60,729 nt of DNA, filler included, from Sphacelaria rigidula (GCA_964200075.2; 8 parts of 8 records of this genome joined end to end with filler, not necessarily neighbours in it), one strand, 5' to 3'. Counted from the first letter of the whole stretch, positions 1 through 14,100 are shown. Numbers and translations: made by a program. Notes: generated by a model not told the origin, from the letters alone.

Positions 1-2621
1 ATCTCGAGGTCAATGGTCTCATGACTATGACATGCATGATCATGAGTACCCCCTCTCCCCCTCCCCACGATTAGCATCCCTAACGGTGAAACGTCCTTTC
101 TTCATCGTAGTGACTAATCTTGGGTTTGAGGTCCTCATCTGCTCATACTGATCAATCATTCCTTATGCCAGGCTCATTATTTGTTTTTTGCCACTTTGTT
201 CAAGACCTCCATGCGTGAGCGACCCGTGGCGCTGATACCTTCGGCACCGCTGCCACGCACGTCAACCGTGGCTTACCACTGGTAACATATTAATACCTTT
301 TCCTGGTGATTAGTTTTGCTTGACTGGCATGATGCGATTCGCTCATTTGTCTTTCCCATCAGAGGCTTACGATTGTTGTGCTTTTCGTTTGCCTCGGGAG
401 AGTACCATCCTCAGTTTTCCACTCCAGCTACCTACTCCCAAGGAGAAGAATGAATTTGGACCAGATATCCCCCGGCAATCTTCCATCTTGCGATTGCAGG
501 TTTAAATCAGAGTTCAAATGCGATGACAGTCGTACTCAATGATGAGCATACACGCATAGATCCAATCAACACATACCTGTACATGTTAAACCCAGATACG
601 TATATATATATATATATATGTGTGTGTATGAAGTGTCAACCCATGAGAACTATGTGCATACATATTAAATTTTCACAAACATGTGAAAGTAATGTGTACA
701 AACAGATACATTGAATACCCGCACGACGCACAGATTTGCGTGTCGAAGACGATGCTGCTGAGATACTTTCCATCAAATTCGGCAGGGCGGTGAGTTGATA
801 TCGTGAAACAAGAGCAGCCTCACTAGAACGCGGGCAATTCAACCCACCCCCTCATCCTCATTGCAACCTTGCCTACTTCATCTCGCTTGACCAAAGCATC
901 AAAGGTAGTTTTTGAAGCAGAATGGCACCCACGTGTACACCGTAGGCAGCTTAGAAATGCACAGTCGCCTTCTGTAACCTCCCCGCTGCTTCCGGGTAAA
1001 GGCTCAGTCAAATACTTGCTTGGCCGGTAGCGCAGGATGATAAAACATTTGTTTCACAAAACTATGGCGAAACGTGCGTTTGATCACAGAACTCGGAGGA
1101 ATCAGGTTGAAAAAGGAGGTTCCGAAAGGGGTTGCGTCCCTGGAATGAAAGCCACGAGCCTCCTTGACGAACCCATATGGGCCGTCCTCGTCATTCGCCG
1201 ACATGCGCCACGTGCTGATTTGACGACCATTTCTCAAGACCTTCATGAATTGTCGCCTAGAGGGAAGGCGCACCGTAGACGTCTCAAGATGTACATCGCG
1301 CTCGAGGAAAGTACTTCGTGCTCACCTGAGGTGCACAGAATCCACAACACCAGTACTCGCATTTCCGGGGATATCGCGAAAATGTCGTCGACACTCCTGT
1401 GGAACGGGCGAATGTCGAAGCGATAAACCATCGCGAACAGCAAAGGAAAAGACAAGCAACAGCAACAGTGGTCGGAAGAGAATGTTGTCGAGTGCATATT
1501 TGCAACGCACAGCCCACGCCCTTTACTACCTGTTTATCACCGAAAACACGACACTGATACGCTCGGGTCTCTCGGTTTCTTTACCCAAACTCTTACCTGA
1601 AATTTGAGAATTATTTAAACCTAGCAGACTTATACCTCAAATACGGTGGATTCCAAAGACCCAAAACGCCACGTTTTTGCACTTCCGACACAGGCAATAT
1701 ATCGATGGTTGTGCATTTTCGAGCGCTGCGCACACGGCACACCCGTCCGACTATACAACATGTGTCCCGATCTCCGACCGAAGCCTGCTCTTGCGTGCGA
1801 AGGTACGGCTATTATCGTGTTTGTCGGCGACAGACTCTCCGTGCATGGACAATCGGATCGGGGCAAGGAAAGGTCATACACGCCGAGTAATAAATGAAAA
1901 AGCGGTTCGCGCGAAAACCCGACGGACGGTTTTCCATCAAAGCGAGGAATGTAGACGATGCTGCAACAGTACTGATCACCAAGAGTGTCCTCCACAGCAA
2001 GCGCCTGAATAACGCACAATGTACGTAGAGTACTGATATAGAGCCAATACGGTGAGCACAAAGGTTCCCAGGAGTGAGCAGAGTACGAGTACGAGTAATT
2101 CGGGGTGTCGATACTCGGAGTACTCCGAAATATCCATTTTTCTTCGGCATCCGGCACTTGGGGTACTTTGGAATACCCATTATTGTCGGTAGCCCCTACT
2201 CGGACACTCTTGAACACCCAGTATTTTCTGCTGTCGGCCTGGGTTTTCGGGGTACTCTACTGAACACACCGAGTGCGACAGCGGATATTGTGGGGTCTGG
2301 GTACTCTGGCTACTCTGAAGTACTTGGAACCCTCAGGGACCCTAGAGTACCGTCAGAATCCTACTTTACTCTTAGCACGCTTGCAGTAGCATTACATTGT
2401 CGTCCTTGAAGCAATAGCGCACCCCTACACACGTCACGAACGCAAACCCACGGGTCGTACGTTGTGACGGGGCGATACCTACGCGACCCGTCTAGAATGA
2501 ATCGCCTCTCATTCAAACCGCACAGTCAATGAAATACGTTCACTACTGAACCTAGAGCATCATTCCAATATCGGCCAGCCCCAACTGCGACAGCACAGGG
2601 GTGAACAAAGCGGATGGTGAG

Positions 2622-2832
2622 TGTAATGCGTGAGAGGACCGCGTGCTTAGAGGACCGCGCCGTAGTTCAAAATATCTCAGGATCGACGTTTTCCAAAACC
2701 AATCGGGTCAGTCCCTGCAAGTACCACGCCCCTGACCCGAACTCCAACACTAACTCTAACCCTAACCCCAACCATAGGGGTGTTCAAATTCCGATGCGGT
2801 CCTCTAAGCACGCGGTCCTCTCACGCATTACA
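2622..2832. mobile_element. TIR element carrying telomere-like (CCCTAA) repeats; relatives at ~3460-3629 and 53227-53295
   Basis: 37-bp perfect TIR tgtaatgcgtgagaggaccgcgtgcttagaggaccgc; internal ctaactctaaccctaaccccaacc. Confidence 0.8.
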
Positions 2833-4375
2833 ATGGGGACACTACATGATCCAACAAACGACACTTCCGACACTGCGGACAGTACCGTACGGCGTACTGC
2901 TGGTGTTTCGTGTGTGCAATGCTACATTCTGCGTGGCAATGTACGATTACTGTACAATGCTGTTTGCAAATACACGTCTGCACGTTTTAGGTTGTACGAG
3001 CGCTTGTAATCGGATCAACTGGGAGCAGTCCGTGCCATATTACCGCCTAGTTCTTCCTGTTTACATGGGTTACCGTCAAATGTGTTTATATTTGCGCCCA
3101 CGACCCTTTGAGGGCGTTGGGGTGTATGACTTTCCTTGTACTCGCTGCGCTCCAATTTGTTCCCACGTGTTCGTGCGGGTTGTCCGTGTCGGGTAAACTC
3201 GGTACAATGGTAGCCAAACCTCCGCTCGCGAAAGCCAGGCTTCGGTCGAGAATAGCAACACATGTGGTGTTTTCGGATTGATGAACCTTGTGGGACGAGG
3301 TGGAAGAATGTGAGGAGCCACAAAGAACTTCATAGCGCACGGGGGCTCTCGCCCGAGCAACGGAAGGCTGCACTGCAGCTGTAGTAGCGTATTCTCGTAC
3401 TGACTACTAAGACCTGAGAACGTGCTTTTGTACAAATCGGTACCGAGGGTTCTCGTGTGCGTTGGTCGGGGTCAGGGTCAGGGTTATTAGGGTTAGGGTC
3501 AGTGTCGGTGTTAGGGTCAGGGTCGCGGTCCCTGCAGGTACTGGCCCGAGCGGTCTTGAAAAATGTCGATCCTTGGGTGTTCGAATTTCAATGCGGTATG
3601 AGAGGCACGCGGTCCTCCCACGCAGTACAGGCGTTCTTCATGGTGTACACACCAACCATCGATGCCACCCTTTCCATTGCCGACGGATCCCAGCCATCCG
3701 ACGCGAGATCTTCGCGTGCGTCTTGCATATGCAACCACAGAACTGCCCCCCGTTCAATCATGCGGCCACTTCCGATATCAGAAGTCAGCGCGTACAGTAG
3801 CTGTGAAGTATTGTTTTACCGAAAGAGACATTTTGATCAAAGTTTTGTCGGTTGAACATGGCTATGACTGTTCAGAACCTCACACTCAGCAGAAATCACC
3901 CCCTGGTCTCACCAAGGGGAGACTTTTGTCCCGATATGAGATTACTTGTTGATTCTATCACTGTTTAAAAGGGCACTGAGGCCGCGTCTTGGACAAGTAC
4001 TTTTCTATCGAAAAAGACGGGATGAAAGTAAATTCTTATTTGATAGGTCGTCATTCATGTCCACGCCATTCAACTTGAAATGACGACCTATCAAATCGGG
4101 AAGTTTCTTCACGTTTTCGATGAAAAACACGCTGTGCTAAGACACGCCCTGAGGTAGTGAGGTTAGCCTTTAATGAATCAATACGACGAAAACGTGTAAA
4201 TAGTCACAACAATGAACAAGATCAAGGCTCTTTGAACAGTATTCTCCCATTCAGATGGACCTTAACGGTCCGCTGCCGCTGCTGCTGCCGAATCTGAGCG
4301 ACACCCACGCCCTTTGTAGGCATCATACCCTCGGTGCGGAGGGCCACATTTTGTGTCAAGAGCAACTGCTGAGAA

Positions 4376-4627
4376 GAGTCATCCTACGATAGCGGGGGGG
4401 GATATTTGACTGCACGAAAAAAGAGGCTCAAAAGTGTGTCAGACGACCTGCCACACTCGCGGTGCGCTTGTATTTGGTTCAAAACGGCGTCAATTGGTAT
4501 GAACGAACGTTATATATCTATTACAAGCTCGTTCGAGCAACCGTTGCTCTTTTCAAGGATGATTTGACTTGGAATTTCGTGCAAGAAGTGGCCCAAAATC
4601 CCCCCCCCCCCTATCGTAGGATGATTC
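4376..4627. mobile_element. Sola-like MITE family A, 252 bp
   Basis: TIR gagtcatcctacgatag(G)n / (C)nctatcgtaggatgattc; 4-bp TSD agaa. Confidence 0.85.
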
Positions 4628-4728
4628 AGAAACTCTTTGGAACACAGTCTGCACTACAGCGGTCGAAACGCAGCTGGAATGCAGACGCTTAAATGCGTTG
4701 AATACAGCTTCCCATCGTTGAAACACAT

Positions 4729-6823
4729 CGCAGCCTGGACAATACAATATGTAATATTTATATTGCCCGCTTAATATATCGACGCGTCGGGTGGTCAATA
4801 TATATTGGGCGAGCGATATGATGGCACAAGGGAGGGTCAATATATATTGTGCCATCAATACGTCAAGTCTCGCGACATGCAATATATATCGGCCGAATAA
4901 TATATCACGACACGCGCCACCTCAATACATATTGGCCGAGTAATATGTTGGTGCGGTAAGGCACTAATATATATTTGTCGAGTGATATATTGGCTGCCAC
5001 ACGAGGTCAATATATATTGACGATTCAATATACTCAACAGCCGAAGCGCCGGTATATAGTGCCACCCCAATATTTCGTGCGTCAAGGCGTCAAATATATA
5101 TTGGGCGGATAACACACGAGGGAACCGACGGTCCCAATACGTATTGGTGTGGTAATATGTATATATCACACCCTGGACAATACAATATATAGTATATATT
5201 GCCCGCTAAATATATCGAGGCGTCGGGTGGTCAATATATATTGGGCGAGCAGTATGACGACACGAGAGAGGGTCAATATATATTATGTCATCAATATATC
5301 AAGGCTCGCGACATGCGATATATATCAACCGAACAATATATCACGACACGCGCCACCTCAATATATATTGGCCGAGTAATATGTTGGTGCGAGAAGGCAC
5401 CAATATATATTTATCGAGTAGTATATTTACCGTCACCCGAGGTCAATATATATGGACGATTCAATATACTCGACACCCGAAGCGCCAATACATATTATTG
5501 CTGCCCCAATATGTCGTGCGTCAATGCGTCCAATATATATTGGGTGGGCAATACACGAGGGAACCGACGGTCACAATACATGTTGATGTAGCAAAATATA
5601 TTGATTTTCAACATATAGATTGGAAATTGTATTGGAATTTGTATTGCGGGCAGTTCTTCGTTCGCGGGCGCCATTCAGATACGCATTTTACATGCCGAAA
5701 ATGCTCAATATATTCCTCGGTAAGCGTGTTCAATATATATTGGCTGCACAATAGCTATCCGATCAGCGTGCGCAATATATATTGGGAAAACAATACTTCT
5801 GCATGGTTTGCGTTCAATATATATTGGCACTTCAATACATACACGACCGGCATGCACAATATATATTGAATGTTTAGTTCCCGGAGCAAATGCATGTCCA
5901 ATAGATATTGCCATTCATTACTTCACGATCATGACACGGGAAATATAGTTGTTGCTTCGATGTCTCCGACGACATCTCAACACAATATACATTGAAAGAA
6001 CAATATTTGTGCTGTCTCCAATACAAAGTATTGGTATCATGTTGGAACATGCTGTATTGTCCAGGGTATATAAGCAACACAGCACCGGTGACCACAGGGG
6101 TACAAGAAGGTGCATATCGACCTGCGTTTTCTGTCGTCGTGATGTTTACCGAAGATATATTACATGTTGTGAAGGGGATGGGCGGCCCCGTACCGGTGGC
6201 CAGGTAGGTATCAGAAGGCATGTATACCGGGTCGCCCCTTCTGCCACCACATTTTCTGACAAGAATATATATATATATATATATATACACTGCATGTGTG
6301 TGTCAAGCGAATTCGACAACTCTTCGTAGCAATGAACGCGAACTTCTGCGGCTCCCTTCGAAGCTTTTCCCAATCTGCACGGGCTCCGACATCCATCGCG
6401 TCTGGATCTTTCTTCAAGTGCACACAATACTTTTAGTATCCGACATATATTGACCGGCCACTACATTGGCACCCACGCAGACTTCATATGTATTGACCGA
6501 TTAATATGTTCTCACCAATGCGACCCTAATATATATTGGTCGTGTGATATGTCGTCGCCCACTCTGCCCCAATATATATTGATGAGACGAAATGTGTTCA
6601 ACCCCACGGTACCACTATACATATTGGGCGGGTAATATGTATGCAGTCCCACGACACATCAATACATATTGGGCGCGCAATACGTGTACTACGTGTGCAG
6701 TCCAACGGTACCAATATATATATATATATGTGTGTGTGTGTGTTTCGCCGGTGATATATCACAGAATTCCAGTATGATCGACTGGTATATGTATTGAATA
6801 CATATTGTACTGTCTAGGGTGTG
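4729..6823. mobile_element. 8-bp-TSD TIR element (hAT/P-like) filled with CAATATATATTG repeats; ~438-bp duplicated or nested left arm starting 5167
   Basis: TIR consensus cacaccctggacaatacaat; TSD aaacacat/aaacatat. A short relative at 46092-46222 has a perfect TSD. Confidence 0.78.
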
Positions 6824-7504
6824 AAACATATCTGATTTGAGTGTGAGTGATTTGAGTGTGAACGCCGAGGTTTGGATCTTTGGTGGGGCTGACAGCCCCG
6901 AGTGCTCCTCAAGTCCGGGGTACGCAGTTTTGATCAAATCGGCGCATTTCCTCAGGTTTGCCAACGCACGCGTTTCGCTCAGAACGCCCTTCGCACTCGC
7001 CTCGCCCAAGGGATCATTTGCTCGTGTGGCTTGGTTGTGGTTAGGGTCAAGGGTATGCGTAGGGTGAGCGATTCATCAAAATGTGTCCACCACAGATTCA
7101 GACCAAGTGGGAGAACCCACAAATGTAAGTACATCACCAAGGATCTGCCAAAAATATATTTCGGGACACGTCGGCCCCAAAATCGAAAATCCGAGTTCTT
7201 GAGGGGAGGGGGGGGGGGGGACACCCAACCGTGTGTCCCCTGTATTTTTGCCCAAGCGTTGGCGGATGCGGTCAGCTGCCGTAGACAGTAGAGATCCTTA
7301 TACATTATATATTATATATGATACAAGGTTCCCCTTCGGGAGGTTGGTACAGGCCTCCCGGGGGTGACGCAAGTCGAAAATTTATTTTCTCAAGTTTTCC
7401 ACGATCTTGAAGAGTTAACAGCCGTTTTTAAATTTTGGGGTTCAAAACTAAAATGGGGCTGAAGTCGCATTTTTTTATTGCAGGGAAGATACGAAAGAGT
7501 AACA

Positions 7505-7604
7505 NNNNNNNNNNNNNNNNNNNNNNNNNNNNNNNNNNNNNNNNNNNNTTAATTAATTAANNNNNNNNNNNNNNNNNNNNNNNNNNNNNNNNNNNNNNNN
7601 NNNN
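7505..7604. other. Artificial contig linker N44-TTAATTAATTAA-N44; identical linkers at 15109-15208, 22713-22812, 30317-30416, 37921-38020, 45524-45623, 53127-53226
   Basis: Identical 100-bp linker with stops in all six frames, spaced every 7603-7604 bp. Confidence 0.98.
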
Positions 7605-10372
7605 GCCCTCAACTCATGAAAAAAAAAAACTCTTTTGGTACTTCAGTAATTTTTTTCTCATGCCCTATGCACTGTCCATACCAAATTTCAGGGCCCAACT
7701 CTAAATGTATAAAAGAGCATGGGCCTGCAAGCTTCAAATCCGCCTCTAGGCTTGCCCAGCTCGTAGCGTATACAGACGTCTTTTCAGCAGCAATCGCTTG
7801 CAATATGTGCTGTGACGGATCTCGTCCGTGATGCAGCTTTCTCCATCGTGGGGGGTGGCCCGTGAAGCCAGTTTTTCATGCTTGCAGCGCCCACCCCGCT
7901 TTCCACGGTGGCCTTGTATTTGAGCACAAGACCATTTCAAACTGCGGAACATGACTGTCTGCTAGAACGTACACCTCTCCCGGATGTGTGCCGTCATGTT
8001 ATCGAAGAGGAATGACACTGCAGAAGGGTTGATCCCGCCAAATGATTTTCATTTTTCCAGGCATGCCGTCGCGTTCATTATCCGCTTTTCCCATCCAGAT
8101 TGTGCTGATCATGTAAATCAAGGTTGGGAGAGTACCATCTGTGCTGAGCGTGTGGAGTGATGCACCCTTCACCACCAGAGGAGTAATTGTAGTGGGCATG
8201 TTTGCTCGGGAATTCACAATCTACTTCAAAATCTTTTCATGAGCCTGTGACCGCGACCCCCCTTTATATGGACTCAGACGGACTGTGCCGCATCTGGGGT
8301 CCGGGACAGCACACTTTTCATCGACACGTGGGTGTTGGGCATATGCATATTGCTGTTGCTGTTGTTTTCGTTGTCGTCGCCTTCACATCAAAAACCCTTC
8401 TGATATCTGCGCAGTACTCTATACTGGGCATCTGATTCGGACGCCTTCCGTGGTCACAGGCTAACTACCCCAAGCTAGGGTTAAAGATATTCCGAAAATC
8501 GAAAATTGATCGGACCCAGAAACATTTTACACAGGTGCGATACAACATGAATAAAAAAAATAACAATGAAATAAAAAAACGGGAAAAAGAGAGAGGGGAA
8601 GGAAGGAGGAATACTGCTAGCCCTCAAAGTTCCGATGCCGTATGTGACCATTCGGGCTACTGGAGGCAAGGTCCATTGGTCCACTCAACACGCGGGGCCA
8701 AGGAGAAAGGAATCCAACTAGAGAGCCACGATCACCAGCCAGAGGGATGAGAGTCGCAGGGTTTCATTTTTGTTGCTCTTGAGGGACAACTATGCGTGCG
8801 AATAAGCACAACGCCCACATATGGGGATAATTTTTTGTAGTGAAATGTGAAAATCAACCGATCAAAGGTCCTTCAATGAGGAATCGGCGAAATCCAGCGC
8901 CAATGACATATGTTGTGAAAACTGCTTGTTATTGGCTCGCACACTCGAGTCAAACCCGTAGTATACGTACTAGAGTAGAGGACTGAGCAGTAATGCCAGG
9001 ACGGATAGAACAGCAGCGGAGAGACGAAGCTGCAAGCAGACAAGCAGACAGAGAATGGTTCACTGCTGATGCGGGGCATTGCGATGCTCGTGAATCGGTA
9101 TATTCTTATCTTGGTATGGCTAGTTTTGTCTTTCCGTGACCACGAGCGCTGGCGCCGTTGCTAACGGAGGCGGCCGTCATACTGACGGGCGCAAGCAGTA
9201 CCCTGGCGGTGCAGTATGCCCACCCTGTGCTGTGGGCTGTTCCTTTCATCGGAGCAAGGGGGCTGGCCCAGCCCGTCGAGCGCTGGTTGTGTGTTTCTAC
9301 CCAGCGATCTTTTGTATCGCGCAAACGGCAGATGATGGATCTCGATAACAAGAAGTTTTCAACAGTCGAGTGTGTAGACAGCGCTCCGTCTCGAATGATA
9401 CTTTACTTGATGGAGACATGAACACGACAATACAGCAGCCCAGGCAATCTCGGCGGAGACGAAACTGTCTTCGCAAGGTCCGAACACACCACACATCAGT
9501 GATAGCTACATCACGTAAGAGCGGACATGAGTGTGTTTGCTCTGCAGTACAGTGAAACAGAACATATCCCATGTTTTAGTTCTTCGCCTGATTTTAAACG
9601 AGTCCTTATTGTTTTCTGGGTGCCGATCCCGTTCGCTCGGTTATGATCGAGCTTCGCTCAAATAATCCATCCAACTACAAAATCATTCCCATGTACGGGT
9701 CTTGCGCCTACGAATATACCAGCCATGATAGATGTAAAATAGAAGCGATAACAGTCCCGGATAACCCCTGACAGGTTTTGACCCTGTGGTCAAGTGCATT
9801 TCAGGTTTCGTGGGTACATGCACACACGCACGCTTTTGATGGTTCGCACGCAACAGATACGTCACTGCGCAGATCGCAAGCGTTTGCCACTCAAAATCAG
9901 CCTCGCACCAGGAGTCGAGGGCGAAATTTGGGATGTGTTTTCGTTTGTGCGGACACCACCACGCCACCCTGTACGGTATGGTGCTGCTGGTTGCTGACTG
10001 CGTGTCAAGACTGCGAGCCAACTACAGCAGCGAGACCGCGGGCGATACTACCTGCTCGCTCATACCATTCTTCAACTCCCACCGGTCGCCCGCTCGACCG
10101 TTGGACAGCTCCCGAAATTGAGTCGATTTCAATATTTTGTTTTTCTGCACGAACGTGTGAGGAAGAACATTTCACATTGCGATGGGAACACACTCGACGA
10201 AGAGGTCCTACGAGCCCACAGACTGGGCACTTTGTAGGACAACGGTACCAACACAAGCCCTGCCCGCAAACATCAAACGACACCGACTGCAAACCGTTTG
10301 CCGCGATCAAAAACATTGATGACACCACAACACGTGAAGAAAAAGAAAAACTCAGGACACAGTTGACCTCAC

Positions 10373-11167
10373 CTGCTGACGAAACTCGGGAACACCAGGC
10401 CAGGGCAGTCGCAAAGCATGAGACTGTCGCTCAGCACGAGGGTCTGAAAGTGTTTCGTCTTTCCCGGCGTAGCTCCCACGCTAACCCTCACGCCCCCGTG
10501 CGACACCGGCGTGGCCCCCACAAGCACATTTATCACGCTACTTTTTCCGACGTTGGGGTATCCCACCATGCCCACACAAGCCCTCCCACCATTGCGTTCG
10601 GGGTCCGGCCCGGCGCCAAGCGTCCTCGCCAGCCGCTCCAACTCCAAGCACATTTCAAGCCTATTTAGAACCCGGGGTTGATTGTCTCCCTTGCACACAG
10701 CGCCCACGCTTTGCTCATTGCCGTCCTGTTCCTCCGTTGCTGCGTCGGACGTCTCACCTTCCTCTGATCCTTCTTCAGAGTCGTACGCATCGCCCCCACC
10801 GTCTGCGCGCCCATCACCTTCCGCCAGATCCCGGCCCTCTCTCGCCTCCCGATTGAGTCGTTCCTGCTCTGCACGTGCGGAAAAAAAGACGACGGGTACA
10901 CCCCGAGCATCGAAGTGGCGCGCCCAATCCCTCACCTGCGAGCGACTGAGATAGTCCGCCTTATTGATGACTACGACCATGGGTTTTGGCGGCTCCAGTT
11001 CCGACGCATAAGCCTCGAGGTCGCTAGAGTAGTAAAATAGGGGATTACGGGCGTCTACGAGTTGACAGATAAGATCGCTTCGCTCCATTACCCGCCACAG
11101 CTGCCGCCACACCTCCAGATTCTTTTCGAACGGGGTGACCTTTCTTTCGTCATTGCTCTCCTCGGCT
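10373..11167 (-). CDS. LSG1: Internal exon of large-subunit GTPase 1 (circularly permuted YlqF/YawG-family GTPase, 60S biogenesis)
   Basis: TPFEKNLEVWRQLWRVMERSD..VDARNPL signature; permuted motifs G4 NKAD, G5 SA, G1 GYPNVGKS, G2 PGKT, G3 DCPGLVFP. Polypyrimidine tract + cag acceptor before 11167; gtgag donor after 10373. Confidence 0.93.
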
Positions 11168-14100
11168 CTGCGCACGAGATAGGAAGAAAAAAATGGCGGG
11201 GGAGTTGATCGCCCCCCCCACGACGAGAGCGTCAGCGGAACAGGAGACATGACGAGGACTACGCTGGCTTGCGCTCAATCCGGCGAATACACCAGGCATT
11301 TGGTATTATTGCTGGGGGATCAACTGAGCTATTTCGTTCTCCTTTCAGGAATTGACCGTTGCTATGGAATGCACCACCAACTCACCGTCCCTCTACCGAT
11401 GTGGGTGACTATTGACGCCAACATCGGTAGAGACAGCGATCGCAGATTGCCCACCGTGGGATATGACATACTGTTTCCCCTCCTTCGTCCGTTTCGAAAG
11501 GGATAAACGGTCGATTGTCAAACAACATAGGCAAGCAACAGTTGAGTATCCCTCTCCTCTCCTGTCCCCTCCCATCCCCTGCGCCCAAGAATCCAGACCT
11601 TCAATGCTTCAATACATAGAGGGCATCGGGTGGTATGATATGTTGATGCGGTCGTTGGTAGGGAAAATGAATGCATCAAATAAAGGACTGTGGATCAAGA
11701 CCGAATACAAAATTTATGGTGGGAATTGACAAAACCTCACACGGTTCCGGATTCAATAGCCTACCGGTGATACGCGACGGATGACGACATATTTTCAGCT
11801 TGACAACAACTCGGTGCAGCTTCTCGTCCACACCAGTGTCAGGGCACAGGGTGGGGGTGGAAGGACGTGCATATCCTCGTTTGTACTCAAGAGTAGTCCA
11901 AGCTTCTAGGCGTGAAATACCTTTTTGATATTTTCTAATCGAGATGGGAATTTGGCGAGATCGCCTGTCGTGAGAATAATCATGACCTACATACAGCGTA
12001 CATCTGCTTCATTCAATACAGCGCCCCGTATCGTGCTTAACTAAACTGCAGGTCGGGGTACATGTGAAGCTGGTACGATGACGATCGAGGTACCAAGATG
12101 ACGGTCTACCACGAACTAATCTTCGTTACACAGCTCCGTGAGGGTGCGCGGTGTCAACACTAGTCACTAGTCAGCTCTGGGCATGATAATGATGACAGGC
12201 GAAACGGACCATTATTGCATAAGAAACTATGGAGGCGAGTCCCGGAGATGGAGCTCGGCACGGAGGACGGTAGATTTGGCTCAACAACTCCCCTTCGACG
12301 ATAACCATGCTACCTCTGTCTGTATCACTGTTTCTAAAATTACATGCATGGTATGTGGGCTAGAATCATGGAAACACCTGTCGAGTCTTCAAGAAGACAA
12401 GACAATCACCAACCCTTCATCCGTGTGCCCGCGGAAGGATCCCACGAAAATGTGAACTCCAGGCCCGGTACCACCAGATATCAGCCCAGTCTTTATTTTC
12501 GCGATTGAGCTCACTTAATTTTTTTTTTGTTGTCATTGTTTCCCCTTCATGGAGTCCCTCGAGTTGAAATTCCCCCAATGTTTGCCTCGGGGTACGTCCA
12601 TTGAGTGACCGCGGCTGTACTCGTGGCGATCAGCCAATGTGCGACAATTAGTCGAAATCAATGAACGAGACTCAAAAACATTCACTGCTAAAACTACTCG
12701 TCGGCATTCCGTCGAACGCAGCGCACCAAGCCCGCTCGAATGATGGACAGTATTAGGTCAGTAATTATAGTACAGGTAAGATGAGGGTTGATGACCGGCA
12801 TATATATCCCAGCGATTGCTCAAGCCGTTTTTTTAAGTTGGGCCCTGAAATTGTTGATATGGGTGCTTTGGGATACTTCTGTTTGTTTGTTGTTTCGCCA
12901 GATATCTGGGACTCCAGGGGAAACATCAAGAGACCTTCCGGGTCTTTCATGCATATCACCGGTGACAATCCGTCGTCGCCAAAACCCCACACCACCGAAG
13001 TACCACGTTTTGGAGTATGACTCGACCCCATACAAACAGTTTTTGACGATGATTTTGCGTTAGATTTTCTAGCTGATGGCGACTAGCGAAGGTTCGAAAC
13101 GTGATGAGATGGGATCAAAACTGAGTCGGAAACTGGTATCTTCAACACTTTAGGAACCCTCTCTTCCCGTCCCCGGTCCAGACGCCTCATTCTTTCAAGT
13201 TTTGACAAAGGAGAAATCATGGGAACAGAAAAGACCGACGGCAACCATTTTCCCTGTTGAAGATCAAAGAAGACTCTAGACGCACACGTCATGGACGTAC
13301 CGAAAATGAAACCCCGGAGCTGTCAAGTTGGGTTTGTCCAATGATATCACGCGACGGGCAAAGTGTGTCCAATTATATGCATCGACAAAACTCTCGCGAA
13401 ATAGTACAAACTCCCACATCTGTGATTTTCGTCAGTGGGAAATACCGCAATTTGAGTTCGTGCACGAATATGCCAAATCGGTGTACTTGAAGTTAGATTG
13501 GCGCACTAGTATACTTGAAATTAGACTGGTGCACCGTTTTGGTGGGCTGCATTATCAGGACCTGGCGAGTGTAGAAAGCCACACTATACGGAGACAATGA
13601 TTTGGCCGAGCAAGCGGAAATTCCGTCGCAACATGTTAGAGCACTGAAGGGCAACCCATATGCAATTCACGTTTGGATAGAAGAGGTGGCTGAGAAGCAC
13701 GGCCAGGACGCTGCTACAGCGGAAGTTTTGCAGAAGAAGCTACATGAGCGGTTGGGGCAGCCCATTGTCCCCCGGCGTACACCGCGCGCCCAACTCGCCT
13801 ACCGAACGCCAATACAGTAACCGCGGCAAAAAAAAACGCTGCGAGGCACGCAGGATCATGTAGGAGACACCAGGTGGACGTGATTGCGAGCGTCTAGATG
13901 GGCGGTATACCAGCACACGGCCGACAGCCGACCGGGACAGCCTTTCGCAACCAGCTCAACCCAACTACAATTAGATTCAGTAAAGACACTTCACTACAGT
14001 CCAGTATAACGGAATAACGATATTACAGTAAGCCATGCCAGAAGGCGGATGTGTGTGATATCATTGCATGAAACCCCAACGCCGCCCACGAGGACAGACG

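Noticed and set aside
720-1430. Coding-like minus-strand stretch (also 12750-13300)
   Set aside because: Broken frames, no splice pattern and no family I can recognise.
4729-5870. CRISPR-like array of regularly spaced CAATATATATTG
   Set aside because: The repeat is only 12 bp and degenerate, spacers are duplicated as a ~438-bp block, the array is bounded by TIRs and a TSD, no cas genes are present and the context is eukaryotic.
4729-6823. CACTA classification of the CACAC-ended elements
   Set aside because: The relative at 46092 has a perfect 8-bp TSD and this copy a 7/8 TSD, not the 2-3 bp expected.
7549-7560. TTAATTAATTAA as a biological motif
   Set aside because: It always sits centrally within N runs; it is an assembly linker.
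7850-8300. Possible piggyBac transposase relic (LPTLIYM..MGKAD)
   Set aside because: Only one weak motif; not supportable without a search.
9778-10668. 296-aa plus-strand ORF
   Set aside because: Antisense to the LSG1 exon and intron; no recognisable domain.
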